Assembly (NCBI GenBank): GCA_946617655.1
Contig: CAMOKL010000004.1
Location: forward strand, 7,086-71,085
Origin: an uncultured Bacillales bacterium
GTDB taxonomy: Bacteria > Bacillota_I > Bacilli_A > Acholeplasmatales > Anaeroplasmataceae
Reading direction: 5' to 3'
Length of the DNA: 64,000 nt
A model generated the notes under the pieces. The model did not search any database. It saw only the letters and a list, made by a program, of their open reading frames with translations, and had not been told where the DNA came from. This document shows positions 21,265-31,929 of the stretch, piece by piece (the first letter of the stretch is position 1; the number at the start of each line of letters is the position of its first letter). Position numbers and translations under genes: made by a program.

Positions 21265-22449
21265 TTATAGTCTTCCTACCTTATCTAATATATTTTTGGC
21301 TAATTCTTCTTTTGTTTTTAATTCAGATATTTCAATTTCATCCTTAGTTATAAAAGTGATTTGATTTGTATCAACACCAAATCCAGTATTTGGATTTGAT
21401 AATGAATTTGCACAAATCATATCACAATTCTTTTTAATAAGCTTTTTCTTAGAATTTTCAAGCATATCTTCTGTTTCCATTGAAAAACCAATTAACTTTT
21501 GTGTTGTTTTATTTTCACCAACAAATGCTAATATATCTTTTGTTCTTTTTAGCTTTATAGACATATCATCATCTGATTTTTTAATTTTGTTTGATGCAAC
21601 AACCATAGGAGTATAATCAGCAACTGCGGCAGACATAATTATATAATCCATATCCTTATAATTATCTTTTACTTGATTAAACATATCTTCTGCAGATATT
21701 GTATTAATAACTTTAATTCCCGGGAATGGCTTTAATGATGTAGGTCCAGATATTAATAATACATCTGCACCTCTTAAATATGCATTCTTTGCAATTGCAT
21801 AACCCATCTTACCAGTTGAATGGTTAGTTATATATCTAACTGGGTCAATTGCTTCAACTGTAGGTCCTGCAGTAATTAAGATTTTCTTTCCTTCTAAATC
21901 ATGTGGATATGCTATATGTCTTAATATTGCAGAAACTAATATTTCCTCATCAGGTAATTTACCTTTTCCTATATCATCACATGCTAAAAGTCCTGATGAT
22001 GGTTCAATTATTTCATATCCATATTTTTTAAGCTTTTCTAAGTTATCTTGTAATATTGGATTTTCATACATATTTGTATTCATTGCAGGTGAAATAATCT
22101 TTTTTCCCTTGAATGCAAATAATGTAGTTGTAAGCATATCATCACATATACCTGATGCAATTTTACCAATGATATTCGCTGTTGCAGGTGCAACCATAAA
22201 TATATCAGCTTTTTTTGCAAGTGATACATGTTCAACATTAAATTGGAAATTTCTATCAAATGTATCAACTAAGCATTTATTACCTGTTAGGGTTTCAAAT
22301 GTAATTGGATTAATAATGTTTAATGCATTTTTAGTCATTATTACATGACAATCTGCACCCATCTTTTTTAAAGTATGTACAACTCCTGCCATTTTATATG
22401 CAGCAATAGATGCAGTAACTCCAATTATAACTGTCTTTCCTTTTAGCAT
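21265..22449 (-). CDS. coaBC: Bifunctional phosphopantothenoylcysteine decarboxylase/ligase
   Basis: GVTASIAAYK, APATAN, PAMNTNMY, ITAGPTVEAIDPVRYITNHSTGKMG and SAAVADY motifs. Confidence 0.96.
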   Translation of the reverse strand: MLKGKTVIIGVTASIAAYKMAGVVHTLKKMGADCHVIMTKNALNIINPITFETLTGNKCLVDTFDRNFQFNVEHVSLAKKADIFMVAPATANIIGKIASGICDDMLTTTLFAFKGKKIISPAMNTNMYENPILQDNLEKLKKYGYEIIEPSSGLLACDDIGKGKLPDEEILVSAILRHIAYPHDLEGKKILITAGPTVEAIDPVRYITNHSTGKMGYAIAKNAYLRGADVLLISGPTSLKPFPGIKVINTISAEDMFNQVKDNYKDMDYIIMSAAVADYTPMVVASNKIKKSDDDMSIKLKRTKDILAFVGENKTTQKLIGFSMETEDMLENSKKKLIKKNCDMICANSLSNPNTGFGVDTNQITFITKDEIEISELKTKEELAKNILDKVGRL

Positions 22450-22460
22450 AAGATCACATC

Positions 22461-22853
22461 CTATTCTTGGTCTTCTAATCTTCCATATTTCTCGTAATTT
22501 GCAATACGTGAAATCTTATTATCATTATCAACAAAAACAACTGTTGGTTTTAATTCCTTTGCTTCTTCAGGTGTTACATCACAATAAGACATAATAATAA
22601 CCTTATCATCCTTTTTTCCACACCATGCAGCTGCACCATTTAAGCAAATAACACCAGATCCAGCCTCGCCTTTTATTGTATATGTTTCAAATCTTTTTCC
22701 ATTTGCAATGTTTACTACTTGAACCTTTTCGTATTCATATATTCCAGCTTCTTCCATAAGTTTTGAATCAATTGTTATTGAGCCAACATAATCAAGCTTA
22801 GCTTCAGTAACAGTCGCTCTATGGATTTTTGCTTTAAGCATTGTAATTGTCAT
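22461..22853 (-). CDS. panD: Aspartate 1-decarboxylase
   Basis: [18 protein letters not shown] self-cleavage site and ICLNGAAA. Confidence 0.96.
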   Translation of the reverse strand: MTITMLKAKIHRATVTEAKLDYVGSITIDSKLMEEAGIYEYEKVQVVNIANGKRFETYTIKGEAGSGVICLNGAAAWCGKKDDKVIIMSYCDVTPEEAKELKPTVVFVDNDNKISRIANYEKYGRLEDQE

Positions 22854-23704
22854 TAGTCATTTACCTCAATAATAAAGTTATCAATTTCTCTTGTTGTACC
22901 AATATATACTGCTATTGCAACTAAAACCTCACCTTTAATCTTAGATATAGGTTGAATATTTGTGTTATCAACTATAGATACATAATCTACTCTTGCTAAA
23001 GGTTCAGTATATAAAACCTTAGTAATTGCATCAATTACCTTAGCTGAATCTCTTTCACCATTTAAAATTAAATCCTTACCAACCTTTAAAGACTTAGATA
23101 AAATTACTGCAGCCTTTCTTTCTTCAGGTGATAGATATGTATTTCTTGATGATTTTGCAAGACCATCATCTTCTCTTACAATTGGGCAACCAATTATTTC
23201 AATATCAAAATTTAAGTCACGAACAAATCTCTTTACAACCGCAAGCTGTTGTGCATCCTTTTGACCAAAGTATGCTCTATCTGGTGAAACAATATTAAAT
23301 AACTTAGTTAATACTGTACAAACACCACCAAAATGAACAGGGCGCTTTGCACCACATAAGTATTCAGTAACTTCAGTTGTATTAACTGAAGTTGTAAAAT
23401 GTTCTGGATACATTTCTTTTGGTTCTGGATTAAAAATTAAATCAGCACCAGCATCACTTACAAGCTTAGTATCTCTTTCTAAATCTCTTGGATATTTATC
23501 TAAATCTTCATTCTTACCAAATTGAATTGGGTTTACGAATACAGATACAACAGTCTTATCGTTCATAGATACTGACTTTGTAATAAGACTCTTATGACCT
23601 TCATGTAAATATCCCATTGTAGGTACTAAACCAACACTTAAGCCTTCTTTTCTCCAGCCTTTTACTATTTCTCTTACTTCCTTAATTGTATGTACTACTT
23701 TCAT
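22853..23704 (-). CDS. panC: Pantoate-beta-alanine ligase
   Basis: [31 protein letters not shown] and GLAKSSRN motifs. Confidence 0.97.
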   Translation of the reverse strand: MKVVHTIKEVREIVKGWRKEGLSVGLVPTMGYLHEGHKSLITKSVSMNDKTVVSVFVNPIQFGKNEDLDKYPRDLERDTKLVSDAGADLIFNPEPKEMYPEHFTTSVNTTEVTEYLCGAKRPVHFGGVCTVLTKLFNIVSPDRAYFGQKDAQQLAVVKRFVRDLNFDIEIIGCPIVREDDGLAKSSRNTYLSPEERKAAVILSKSLKVGKDLILNGERDSAKVIDAITKVLYTEPLARVDYVSIVDNTNIQPISKIKGEVLVAIAVYIGTTREIDNFIIEVND

Positions 23705-24546
23705 TATTTTTCTTCCTCGATTCTTTTTATTGCTTCTTCTAAATCATTTTCTTCAATCTTATATGTTTGTTCTAAGGTAGGGAATTTAGAATTTACTACC
23801 TCATCCTTATATTCCTTAAATGCATCAACTATAACATCATGTAGGTTTGCATATTTCTTAACAAATTTTGCAACCTTACCTGATGAGGAACCAAGCATAT
23901 CTTGGTTAACTAATACTTGCGCATCACATGCGCTAGATGCACCAATACCAATTGTTGAAATATGTAACATATTAGTTACTTTTGCTGCTAACTTTTCAGG
24001 TACACATTCAAGTGTTACTGCAAATGCGCCAGCTTCTTGTACAGCTAGACAATCCTTAATTAAATTATATGCTTGATCACTTGACTTACCTTGTACCTTA
24101 TATCCACCAAATGCGTTAACTGATTGTGGTGTTAATCCAACATGGGCAACAACAGGAATACCTGCATCAGTAATTGCTTTAATTCTTGATGCGTATTTCA
24201 TACCACCCTCAAGCTTAACAGCTTGACATCCAGTTTCTTTAATTAATCTTCCTGCATTCATTAATGCTTGTTCATCAGATAGCTGATATGACATAAAAGG
24301 CATATCTACTACAACAAATGTATTAGGAGCTCCTCTTACAACACTTGAACCATAAGTAATCATATCTTCCATCTTAACAGGTAATGTATTAGGATATCCC
24401 ATCATTACCATACCTAAAGAATCACCAACTAAAATAAAGTCAATTCCTGCTTCTTCTACAAGCTTTGCAGTTGTGTAATCATAACATGTAACTTGTGCAA
24501 GCTTCTTTTGTCCCTTATATTCCTTAAATGTATTTACTGTAATCAT
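23704..24546 (-). CDS. panB: 3-methyl-2-oxobutanoate hydroxymethyltransferase
   Basis: LVGDSLGMV, DMPFMSY, AVKLEGG and HVGLTPQSV motifs. Confidence 0.97.
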   Translation of the reverse strand: MITVNTFKEYKGQKKLAQVTCYDYTTAKLVEEAGIDFILVGDSLGMVMMGYPNTLPVKMEDMITYGSSVVRGAPNTFVVVDMPFMSYQLSDEQALMNAGRLIKETGCQAVKLEGGMKYASRIKAITDAGIPVVAHVGLTPQSVNAFGGYKVQGKSSDQAYNLIKDCLAVQEAGAFAVTLECVPEKLAAKVTNMLHISTIGIGASSACDAQVLVNQDMLGSSSGKVAKFVKKYANLHDVIVDAFKEYKDEVVNSKFPTLEQTYKIEENDLEEAIKRIEEEK

Positions 24547-25373
24547 TTCAATTCTCCTTTTAGTAAATCATATATTTTAGAATAATCACTATTATTCAAT
24601 TCCTTTGAAATATCTACAAGCTTTAAAGAAAGCCTAATATATATTTCTTTTTCTTCATCCGTTAAGACATCTAAATGCTTTTTAACAGTTTCTATATCAC
24701 ATCTTCTTATAGGACCTGTTAAGGCATCCTTTGTACCAACATTTAATATATTATCTATATTATTCTTTATTAATGGATTAAATATACTTAAATCATTTAT
24801 ACCAATGCTTTTAAACAAATCATATCCAATATCTACTAAAGAACAAACTAAATTAGAAATCATAACACAACCTGCATGATATCTACTTTTATTACAAGAA
24901 TCTATTAATACTACCTTTCTATCAAATAGATCCTTTATTTCATCTACTTTATTCAAATTATTACCTTCAAGTGTTAAATATGCATTTGAAAAATCCTTAT
25001 ATGAATTATATTTATCATTAAACGCATATATAGGATGTAGTGAATAACAAGAATTATTATCTAATAGCCCCATAAATACTTCACTAGATATAGAACCTGA
25101 TGTATGAATTAATATCTTATTATTGCATTTAATATCAATAAGTTCTTTTACTACATATTTAATTTGATCATCATTTACAGTTAAAAAAAGAGTATCACAG
25201 CTATCTACTATTTCTTTAAGACTACTGTAATACTCACTAATACTAAACTTTGCACAGTCTTTCGCATCTTCTATATTCTTAGAATAAATACCACATACAT
25301 TATGATATTTATCATTAATATATTTAGCTAATGTGAATCCCACATTACCTGCGCCTATAAATCCAATTCTCAT
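24543..25373 (-). CDS. Rossmann-fold/DUF2520 protein, PanG-type ketopantoate reductase candidate
   Basis: GFIGAGNVG, HTSGS, HP, YHAGCV and ALTGPIRR motifs; first gene of the pan operon. Confidence 0.8.
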   Translation of the reverse strand: MRIGFIGAGNVGFTLAKYINDKYHNVCGIYSKNIEDAKDCAKFSISEYYSSLKEIVDSCDTLFLTVNDDQIKYVVKELIDIKCNNKILIHTSGSISSEVFMGLLDNNSCYSLHPIYAFNDKYNSYKDFSNAYLTLEGNNLNKVDEIKDLFDRKVVLIDSCNKSRYHAGCVMISNLVCSLVDIGYDLFKSIGINDLSIFNPLIKNNIDNILNVGTKDALTGPIRRCDIETVKKHLDVLTDEEKEIYIRLSLKLVDISKELNNSDYSKIYDLLKGELK

Positions 25374-25606
25374 TTCATCACCTCACTAATATAATTTATT
25401 TCTAATATCATTTAGTTTTAAGAAATGCTTGATTTATATATATTTAAATTAAAGTTTTTTATTAGTAAAGTTTTACAATACATAAATACTTTCTAACCAA
25501 AATGATTATACTACTTATTTTTGTATTTGTAAAATAAATTAATAAATATACGTTTTCATAAAAAAATGGTTATTACTAATTTTAAACTAATAATAACCAT
25601 TAAATA

Positions 25607-26608
25607 CTATTCAGATTCAATTTCTAATGATGCATATGCATTTAAATGTAGGTCTGCAAGAGTAGGATTACATTTATATTGATAATATCCTGCACAAGCA
25701 ATCATTGCAGCATTATCAGTACAATACTTAATTGATGGAATCATGATATTAAAATCCTTGCCTTCTTCCATAAATCTTTCTTTTAATCCTTTGTTTGCAG
25801 AAACTCCACCTGCAACAATAATATTAGAAACACCTTTCTCTTTTGCTAATCTTAATGTTTTTCTTACTAAAACCTCAGTAACTGAGTTTTGGAATGAACA
25901 ACATAAATCATTAATATTAATCTCTTCTCCTCTTTGCATTGCATTATGATGAAGATTAATAACTGCAGATTTTAATCCAGAAAAAGAGAAATTATAACTA
26001 CCATCCTCTAAATAAACTCTAGGTAGGTTATATGTATCCTTACCTAAATGTGCAAGCTTATCAACCTTAGGTCCACCAGGATATGTTAAGCCACATACTC
26101 TTGCAACCTTATCATATGCTTCACCAACCGCGTCATCTAATGTTTCACCAATAAGCTCAAAATTAAAATGATCCTTCATATAAATAAGCTCTGTATTACC
26201 ACCAGATACTAATAATGCAATTGCAGGGAATGTCATTTCATGCTCAATTGAATTTGCATAAATATGTCCAACTAAATGGTGTACTGCAATGATTGGCTTA
26301 TGATACATCATCGCAAATGTTTTTGCGGCATTAACACCAATAAGTAAAGAGCCTATTAAACCAGGCCCATATGTTACTGCAACTAAATCAATATCCTCAG
26401 GCTTAACATTTGCTTCTTCAAATGCTTGCTTAAAAACCATAGATACTTGATATACATGGTTTCTTGATGCAACCTCAGGTACTACACCACCAAATTTTTC
26501 ATGAATATTAATTTGAGAATTTATTACGCATGATAATACTTCTTTTCCATCTCTTACTATAGATGCAGAAGTTTCATCACAGCTTGATTCAACTCCTAAT
26601 ACTAGCAT
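25607..26608 (-). CDS. tsaD: t6A tRNA threonylcarbamoyltransferase TsaD
   Basis: GVESSCDETS, GGVVPEVASRNH, HHLVGH, DDAVGEAYDK and CTDNAAMI motifs. Confidence 0.97.
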   Translation of the reverse strand: MLVLGVESSCDETSASIVRDGKEVLSCVINSQINIHEKFGGVVPEVASRNHVYQVSMVFKQAFEEANVKPEDIDLVAVTYGPGLIGSLLIGVNAAKTFAMMYHKPIIAVHHLVGHIYANSIEHEMTFPAIALLVSGGNTELIYMKDHFNFELIGETLDDAVGEAYDKVARVCGLTYPGGPKVDKLAHLGKDTYNLPRVYLEDGSYNFSFSGLKSAVINLHHNAMQRGEEININDLCCSFQNSVTEVLVRKTLRLAKEKGVSNIIVAGGVSANKGLKERFMEEGKDFNIMIPSIKYCTDNAAMIACAGYYQYKCNPTLADLHLNAYASLEIESE

Positions 26609-26612
26609 AAAC

Positions 26613-27086
26613 CTACTCCTTTATATCCTTAAATTCAATACGGATAAGCTTAGATAGCTCATTTGGATCCATTTTAATTTGTAATCCTATCTTTCCACCA
26701 GAAAATAAAACATATGGAAAATCTAATGCAGTTATATCCATAACTGTTACAAAGCTTTTCTTCATTCCAATAGGAGAACATCCACCTCTTACATATCCTG
26801 TTAAAGGTAAAAGCTCTTTTACCTGTATCATCTCAACTGATTTACAATTAACTGTCTTAGCACATTTCTTTAAATCCAATTCAGAAGATACTGGAACACA
26901 AAATACATAATTTTTCTTATCAGCGCCCTTAGTTACTAATGTTTTAAAAACCTGATTAGGATCTTCATTTGTAGCCATTGCAACACCAATACCATCTACT
27001 GCTTCACCTTCCTTATGAGCATATTCTATTACCTCATATTTAATTTTCTTTTGGTCAAGCTGTCTCATCGCATTTGTCTTTTCCAT
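26613..27086 (-). CDS. ybaK: Cys-tRNA(Pro) deacylase YbaK
   Basis: KTNAMRQLD, VFKTLV and TGYVRGGCSPIGMKK motifs. ATG at 27086 follows a GAGG RBS; the ORF-track start overlaps rimI. Confidence 0.9.
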   Translation of the reverse strand: MEKTNAMRQLDQKKIKYEVIEYAHKEGEAVDGIGVAMATNEDPNQVFKTLVTKGADKKNYVFCVPVSSELDLKKCAKTVNCKSVEMIQVKELLPLTGYVRGGCSPIGMKKSFVTVMDITALDFPYVLFSGGKIGLQIKMDPNELSKLIRIEFKDIKE

Positions 27087-27097
27087 AAAAAACCTCA

Positions 27098-27529
27098 CTA
27101 AAATATTAACTGCAACACTTGTGCATCGCATCCATCACTATAATATTGTTTTCTTACATTAATCTTTCTATATCCAAGCTTACTATATAAGCTTATTGCT
27201 GCAACATTATCATCTCTAACCTCAAGAAATGATGATTTAGCACCATATTCCTTTAATTCACTAAATACGTGATTTAAAAGATTTTCTCCTAAATGACATC
27301 TTCTTCTTTTAGGTGATATACAAAAGTTTAAAATTTCAATGATTTCACCATCAAATACAGTAGATACATATCCAATAATATCATTATTATCATCTATTAC
27401 ATAAATATATGCCATCATATTAGATAAATATGATTCTAAAAAATCATAACCTAAACTATGTCCTAGCGATTCTTCTTCTAATGATACTATTTTATTAATA
27501 TCTTCTTTAGTATATTTTCTTATAATCAT
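27098..27529 (-). CDS. rimI: RimI-like GNAT acetyltransferase
   Basis: LEVRDDNVAAISLYSKLGY...RKQYYSDG motif; located in the tsaEB-rimI-tsaD context. Confidence 0.88.
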   Translation of the reverse strand: MIIRKYTKEDINKIVSLEEESLGHSLGYDFLESYLSNMMAYIYVIDDNNDIIGYVSTVFDGEIIEILNFCISPKRRRCHLGENLLNHVFSELKEYGAKSSFLEVRDDNVAAISLYSKLGYRKINVRKQYYSDGCDAQVLQLIF

Positions 27530-28104
27530 TATTTTAAATTTCTTTCAGCTTCAGTATCTCTTAAATAATTAGGTACTAAAAGATCTGGATTACTAACTAA
27601 TTCTGAATTTGATATTACATAGAATGGATCTACTATAAATTCAGATTCATTAGAAACAAATTCATAATTAGATTCTAATAATGTATTATTATCATACATT
27701 CCCTCATCTAATACATATTTATCCTTATTAGTATCTATTATTGCAGCAAAAGATTGATTATGTCTTGCATCAACCATAGATAAAACTATACCCTTATTTC
27801 CTGATGCAATAAGCTTTAATGTAGATATTTTATATAATGGAACATTCTTAAATGATGCCATCATTTTAGAAACTGTAACACCCATTCTAACACCAGTATA
27901 AGACCCAGGTCCTATACCAACTATAATCTTTGATAATTGATCTACTTCTATTTTTGCAGTTTTTAAGGCTTCATCAACTAAATAAACAATGTTTTTAGCA
28001 TGATCATGTTCGCCTTTCATATATACTTCTTTTACTATTTTATTATCGCAAACTAAGGCAATATATAAAACTTTAGTTGCTGAATCAATAATTAATGAAT
28101 ACAT
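27529..28104 (-). CDS. tsaB: t6A pathway protein TsaB
   Basis: IDSAT, VGIGPGSYTGVRMG and DAR motifs. Confidence 0.93.
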   Translation of the reverse strand: MYSLIIDSATKVLYIALVCDNKIVKEVYMKGEHDHAKNIVYLVDEALKTAKIEVDQLSKIIVGIGPGSYTGVRMGVTVSKMMASFKNVPLYKISTLKLIASGNKGIVLSMVDARHNQSFAAIIDTNKDKYVLDEGMYDNNTLLESNYEFVSNESEFIVDPFYVISNSELVSNPDLLVPNYLRDTEAERNLK

Positions 28105-28565
28105 TATAATGCCTCAACTTTCTTAATATATTTATCTCCTATTGCCTTAATTTCAATAGTACGCTTTTCTGAATAAGTTCTTATAATATTAACTAAAATA
28201 TATTCCTTAGGTAATAACTCTTCTACTTGATATGGCCATTCAATTACACATACACCATCAGTTTCAATATATTCATATAAATCAAAATCATTATTTAGGC
28301 CATCTAATCTATATAAATCTAAGTGATACAATGTAGCCTTTGTACCCTTATATGATTTTACTATCGTAAATGTAGGTGAATTAATAATTCTTGTTACACC
28401 TAATGCCTTACCTATTCCCTTAGTAAATGTAGTTTTTCCTGCAGATAAGTCACCTAAGAGTAAAACAACATCTCCATTTTCTAACACATTACCAAGCTTT
28501 TCTCCAAGCATTATTGTTTCTTCTGGATTATTAATATTAAATGTTTTTACCATAATATCATCCAC
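28104..28565 (-). CDS. tsaE: t6A pathway ATPase TsaE
   Basis: GDLSAGKTTF, SPTFTI, YHLDLYRL and IEWP motifs. Confidence 0.95.
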   Translation of the reverse strand: MDDIMVKTFNINNPEETIMLGEKLGNVLENGDVVLLLGDLSAGKTTFTKGIGKALGVTRIINSPTFTIVKSYKGTKATLYHLDLYRLDGLNNDFDLYEYIETDGVCVIEWPYQVEELLPKEYILVNIIRTYSEKRTIEIKAIGDKYIKKVEAL

Positions 28566-28649
28566 TTCCTAAAAAATTTACTCTAATATTATAAGTTAAA
28601 TAATAAAAATAATAAAGACTCCAAGAACACTTTCTTGAAGTCTTTTATA

Positions 28650-29588
28650 CTAATTCATACCTAATACTTCTTCTTTATGCTTAGGCATTACTACAACACT
28701 TGATGCGTGAAGCATTATAACTTCTTCTTTTGCAAGCTTTGAGTATTCTCTTGAAACTGTACAAGTTAAATATACATAATCTCCATCTTTAACCTTAACA
28801 TCAGTTTCATTTTTTACCTCATATCCTAAGAATTGGATATCTTGTGCACAACAAGTCATAACCTGTCTTCCTACAACAAAATCACCATTCTTTAATGACT
28901 TACGAACAAATACAGGGAATTTAAATGTCTTGTTCTCATATTTCTCAAAATTATCAAAAACCTCAACATACCAAATAGGATAAATATCTTCTTCAAAGAT
29001 AATTTCATCCTTTGATAAATCATAAGGTAGGTCTTCATCTAATCTTGTAGTTAGGGAACCATCAGCTTGTTCAAAGGCAATTTGACATTGCTGATTCATA
29101 GCACGGATTTGTCTTCTAAATGATGCAAGCTCATTAATACCATCACATCTATTAAATATAACAAGGCTTGAATCCTTTAACATACTTTGATATATCTTTT
29201 TCATGTTATTAAACATAACCTTAAATGTAGATGCATCAATTAAAGATATTTGTTGATATATAAGCATATAATCTGGGAATTCTTGATTATCCCAATTAAA
29301 GAATGTGTTATATTCAATAACATATCTATCAGCCATATATTTCTTATCTATTGCTTCCATATATTCAGGAGTAAAATCTGTATCCTTTTCTACATATTCA
29401 ATAGATACCTTGTATTTATCTAGCCATTCCTTATCGTATTCAATTTCGCCTTCCTCGCAACAAATAATAACTGTTGTATTATTTTGATATTCAGGATTAT
29501 TCTCAATAATTTCTTTAATTAATGATGTTTTACCTGATTCAAGGAATCCATTTAATAAGAATAGTGGAACCTCTTTAGTCTTTGGCAT
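28650..29588 (-). CDS. Degenerate CobW-like P-loop domain fused to a TIGR03943/DUF1980-like C-terminal domain
   Basis: N-terminal GFLESGKT and CCEEGE, then IFNRCD; C-terminal GRQVMTCCAQDIQFLG. Confidence 0.75.
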   Translation of the reverse strand: MPKTKEVPLFLLNGFLESGKTSLIKEIIENNPEYQNNTTVIICCEEGEIEYDKEWLDKYKVSIEYVEKDTDFTPEYMEAIDKKYMADRYVIEYNTFFNWDNQEFPDYMLIYQQISLIDASTFKVMFNNMKKIYQSMLKDSSLVIFNRCDGINELASFRRQIRAMNQQCQIAFEQADGSLTTRLDEDLPYDLSKDEIIFEEDIYPIWYVEVFDNFEKYENKTFKFPVFVRKSLKNGDFVVGRQVMTCCAQDIQFLGYEVKNETDVKVKDGDYVYLTCTVSREYSKLAKEEVIMLHASSVVVMPKHKEEVLGMN

Positions 29589-29607
29589 AATAAAACCTCT
29601 TTATAAA

Positions 29608-30744
29608 TTAAAATAATTTTTTAATATCTTCTTCTTTAATCTTAGAACCAATTACAACAATCTTAGCCATAGGGATTGAATGAGTAGGCTCAAATGATAC
29701 TTCTTCTGGTGTTAATTGGAATAAATACCAATTAGAATCTGTTGCCTCAATTATACCTTTAGCACGTACAATTACACCATACTTACCATTTGCCATATCA
29801 TTAATTAATGACTTAAATTGTTCAATATCATATTTCTTTACTGTTTCAATTCCAACTGATTGGAATACTTCATCTGCGTGATGGTGGTGATGATGATGTT
29901 CTTCATCTTCATCATCGTGATGGTGGTGACAGCTACAGTTTGGATCATCACACTCATCTTCGTCATGGTCGTGGTGATGGTGATGTTCATGTTCTTCATC
30001 TTCATCATCTTCGTCATGGTCATGGTGATGATGGTGATGCTCTTCATCCTCATCATCATGATGGTGGTGGTGACAGCTACAGTTTGGATCATCACATTCA
30101 TCATGATCATGTCCTAACGCATCCTTAATTGCTTCATTATCTAATAATTCTGTATCAAAACCTTCATAAGCCTTAACTAATTCATCATCAGAAAGCTTAG
30201 AAATAGGTGTTGTTACAACTACAGCCTTAGAATTAATTTCTCTTATTACCTCTAATGCTTCTTTTACCTTATCTTCATTTGCAATATCAGTTCTTGATAA
30301 AATTATTGTATGTGCATTAGAAATTTGGTCATTAAAGAATTCACCAAAGTTCTTTGCATACATCTTTGCTTTCTTAGCATCTACTAAACAAACAAGAGAA
30401 TTAATATTCTTACCAAGACCAGCCTTTGTTACTGCCGCAACAATATCAGAAAGCTTACCAACACCTGATGGTTCAATTAAAATACGATCAGGATTTTCTT
30501 GCTTAACTAATTCTCCTAAAGCCTTAGTAAAATCACCAACAAGTGAACAACAAATACATCCTTGGCTTAATTCCTTCATTTCAATTTTTGTATCCTTTAG
30601 GATATCAGTATCAACTGATACTTCACCATACTCATTTTCTACTAATACTACTTTTTCATTTTTAATTTCTGTTTTTAATAATCTTTCAATGAATGTAGTC
30701 TTACCAGCTCCTAAGAAGCCTGAAATAATATCAATTTTTAACAT
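29608..30744 (-). CDS. COG0523/CobW-family metal-chaperone GTPase with a long His-rich insert
   Basis: SGFLGAGKTT, ENEYGE, GCICC, IEPSG and C-terminal RAKG motifs. Probable start ATG at 30744 (MLKIDIIS). Confidence 0.92.
   Translation of the reverse strand: MLKIDIISGFLGAGKTTFIERLLKTEIKNEKVVLVENEYGEVSVDTDILKDTKIEMKELSQGCICCSLVGDFTKALGELVKQENPDRILIEPSGVGKLSDIVAAVTKAGLGKNINSLVCLVDAKKAKMYAKNFGEFFNDQISNAHTIILSRTDIANEDKVKEALEVIREINSKAVVVTTPISKLSDDELVKAYEGFDTELLDNEAIKDALGHDHDECDDPNCSCHHHHHDDEDEEHHHHHHDHDEDDEDEEHEHHHHHDHDEDECDDPNCSCHHHHDDEDEEHHHHHHHADEVFQSVGIETVKKYDIEQFKSLINDMANGKYGVIVRAKGIIEATDSNWYLFQLTPEEVSFEPTHSIPMAKIVVIGSKIKEEDIKKLF
29880..30110 (-). repeat. His/Asp/Glu-coding low-complexity repeat with an internal duplication
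   Basis: An identical 32-bp unit at 29921-29952 and 30065-30096 (144-bp period) encodes CDDPNCSCHHH. Confidence 0.9.
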
Positions 30745-31010
30745 ATTATTACCAACCTTTCGAATACATATTATAGCATTAATATAGATTGTATGCAATA
30801 AAATTAAACCGTTATTACGAAAATAATTGACAGTTAGTTATATAGAGTGCCAAAAAAGAGATAAGTCATTGACTTACCTCTTATGTATATTCTTCTTAAC
30901 TTTATATTTTGTAACCAATAAAAAAGTATACCATTTTTATAGATATACTTTCCTAATTTTTCCGCAGTTTATTCTGCAATGGGACAGTTTTATAATCTCT
31001 AATCCAACTA

Positions 31011-31663
31011 TTATTTAAAAATAAATTGACTCTTAATACAATCATCAATTTTTTCTTCTAGTTCACTCGGTAATTTATTATTCTCTGAATATAAAATATT
31101 AGAATACTTTTTATCATTAGAATCCTTTACAAAAACATTTGTTACTAAAAAGTAACCTGATGCTTTATCAAAGCAATCTTCATCTCTTAATGACTTAACT
31201 ATATAGCATTCACTTTTTGCATTACCAGCAGTATCATATTCATGTTCCATTAATAATGTAAAATATAAATCAGTTGTACCAAACTTAAATGTTGTTGTAC
31301 CAGTCTTAATATCTTCTAGCATAACACTTTGACTTTTAGCCAATTTTGAAATGTCTTGAATATGCTTTACTTTCTTTTCATATAATGCATATGGATGTTC
31401 TGACGAAAAGAAAATATGTGTTTTCTTTAAAGTTCCTCTTACAGCATATTTATAAAAATCATTAGCAGATAATTTAGTATCTACACCAGTTAGATGTTTA
31501 AAGTTTCCTTTTTTAAAAGAAACTTCAATATATCTATTATCAAAACATATAGAAACTTTTTACCAACAACATTATTTTTGAACTCAACTGCTGCTAGATG
31601 AATTTCATTAATTGCATTTGCTTTATTTAGTTCTTTTTGAGTTTGAGTTAAGCTTTTAGCCAT
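31011..31663 (-). pseudogene. PBECR4-like (BECR-fold) nuclease gene with a 1-bp frameshift
   Basis: ATG at 31663 follows an AAGGA RBS and gives MAKSLTQ...KKFLYV. Adding one base to the A4 run at 31542-45 restores FDNRYIEVSFKKGNFKHLTGVD..., which joins the 31011-31343 ORF (217 aa total). NFxHLxG is the PBECR4-type motif. Confidence 0.7.
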
Positions 31664-31677
31664 TATTTTATTTCCTT

Positions 31678-31925
31678 AAAAAAGTTAGGGCTATTTTTCA
31701 AGCCCTAACCAAATCTTTTATATTACTGTGGTTGTAAGCTGGCTGTCAGCTTCAATGTATTTCCATACATTATATGTCGCCAATAATTTAAGTCCTTGGC
31801 GTGGACTACAGTTATGACCAAACTGCAAGGTTCTATATTCTTCCGAATATAACAAGTCTTAGTAATTAACCTGCCTAAGTGCAGTACAGCTTTTACGTGC
31901 CACAACACGGGATATCTCTATCCAC
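31678..31925 (-). ncRNA. Structured ~250-nt RNA upstream of the PBECR4-like gene, ending in a terminator
   Basis: GNRA-capped hairpins at 31910-23, 31834-51 and 31754-71; further stems at 31858-79, 31807-27 and 31736-52; H-type pseudoknot at 31778-31807; terminator at 31678-31709. Confidence 0.7.
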
Positions 31926-31929
31926 TTAT

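Noticed and set aside
29838-30128. Alternative-frame ORFs (29838-30110, 29860-30117, 29940-30128)
   Set aside because: Artefacts of the stop-free His/Asp codon repeat inside the COG0523 gene.
30795-30830. Zur box upstream of the COG0523 gene
   Set aside because: Only one partial half-site (ATTACGA) is present, with no convincing palindrome.
31723-31908. 61-aa ORF in the ORF track
   Set aside because: No RBS or recognisable motif. It overlies a dense set of hairpins and a pseudoknot better explained as ncRNA.
31678-31925. tmRNA, or a c-di-GMP/preQ1 riboswitch, as identity of the structured RNA
   Set aside because: No tRNA-like GGGG/CCA ends or tag ORF. Isolated ACAGCCAG and CGUAAAA words lack the rest of those consensus models. 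An Rfam scan is still needed.
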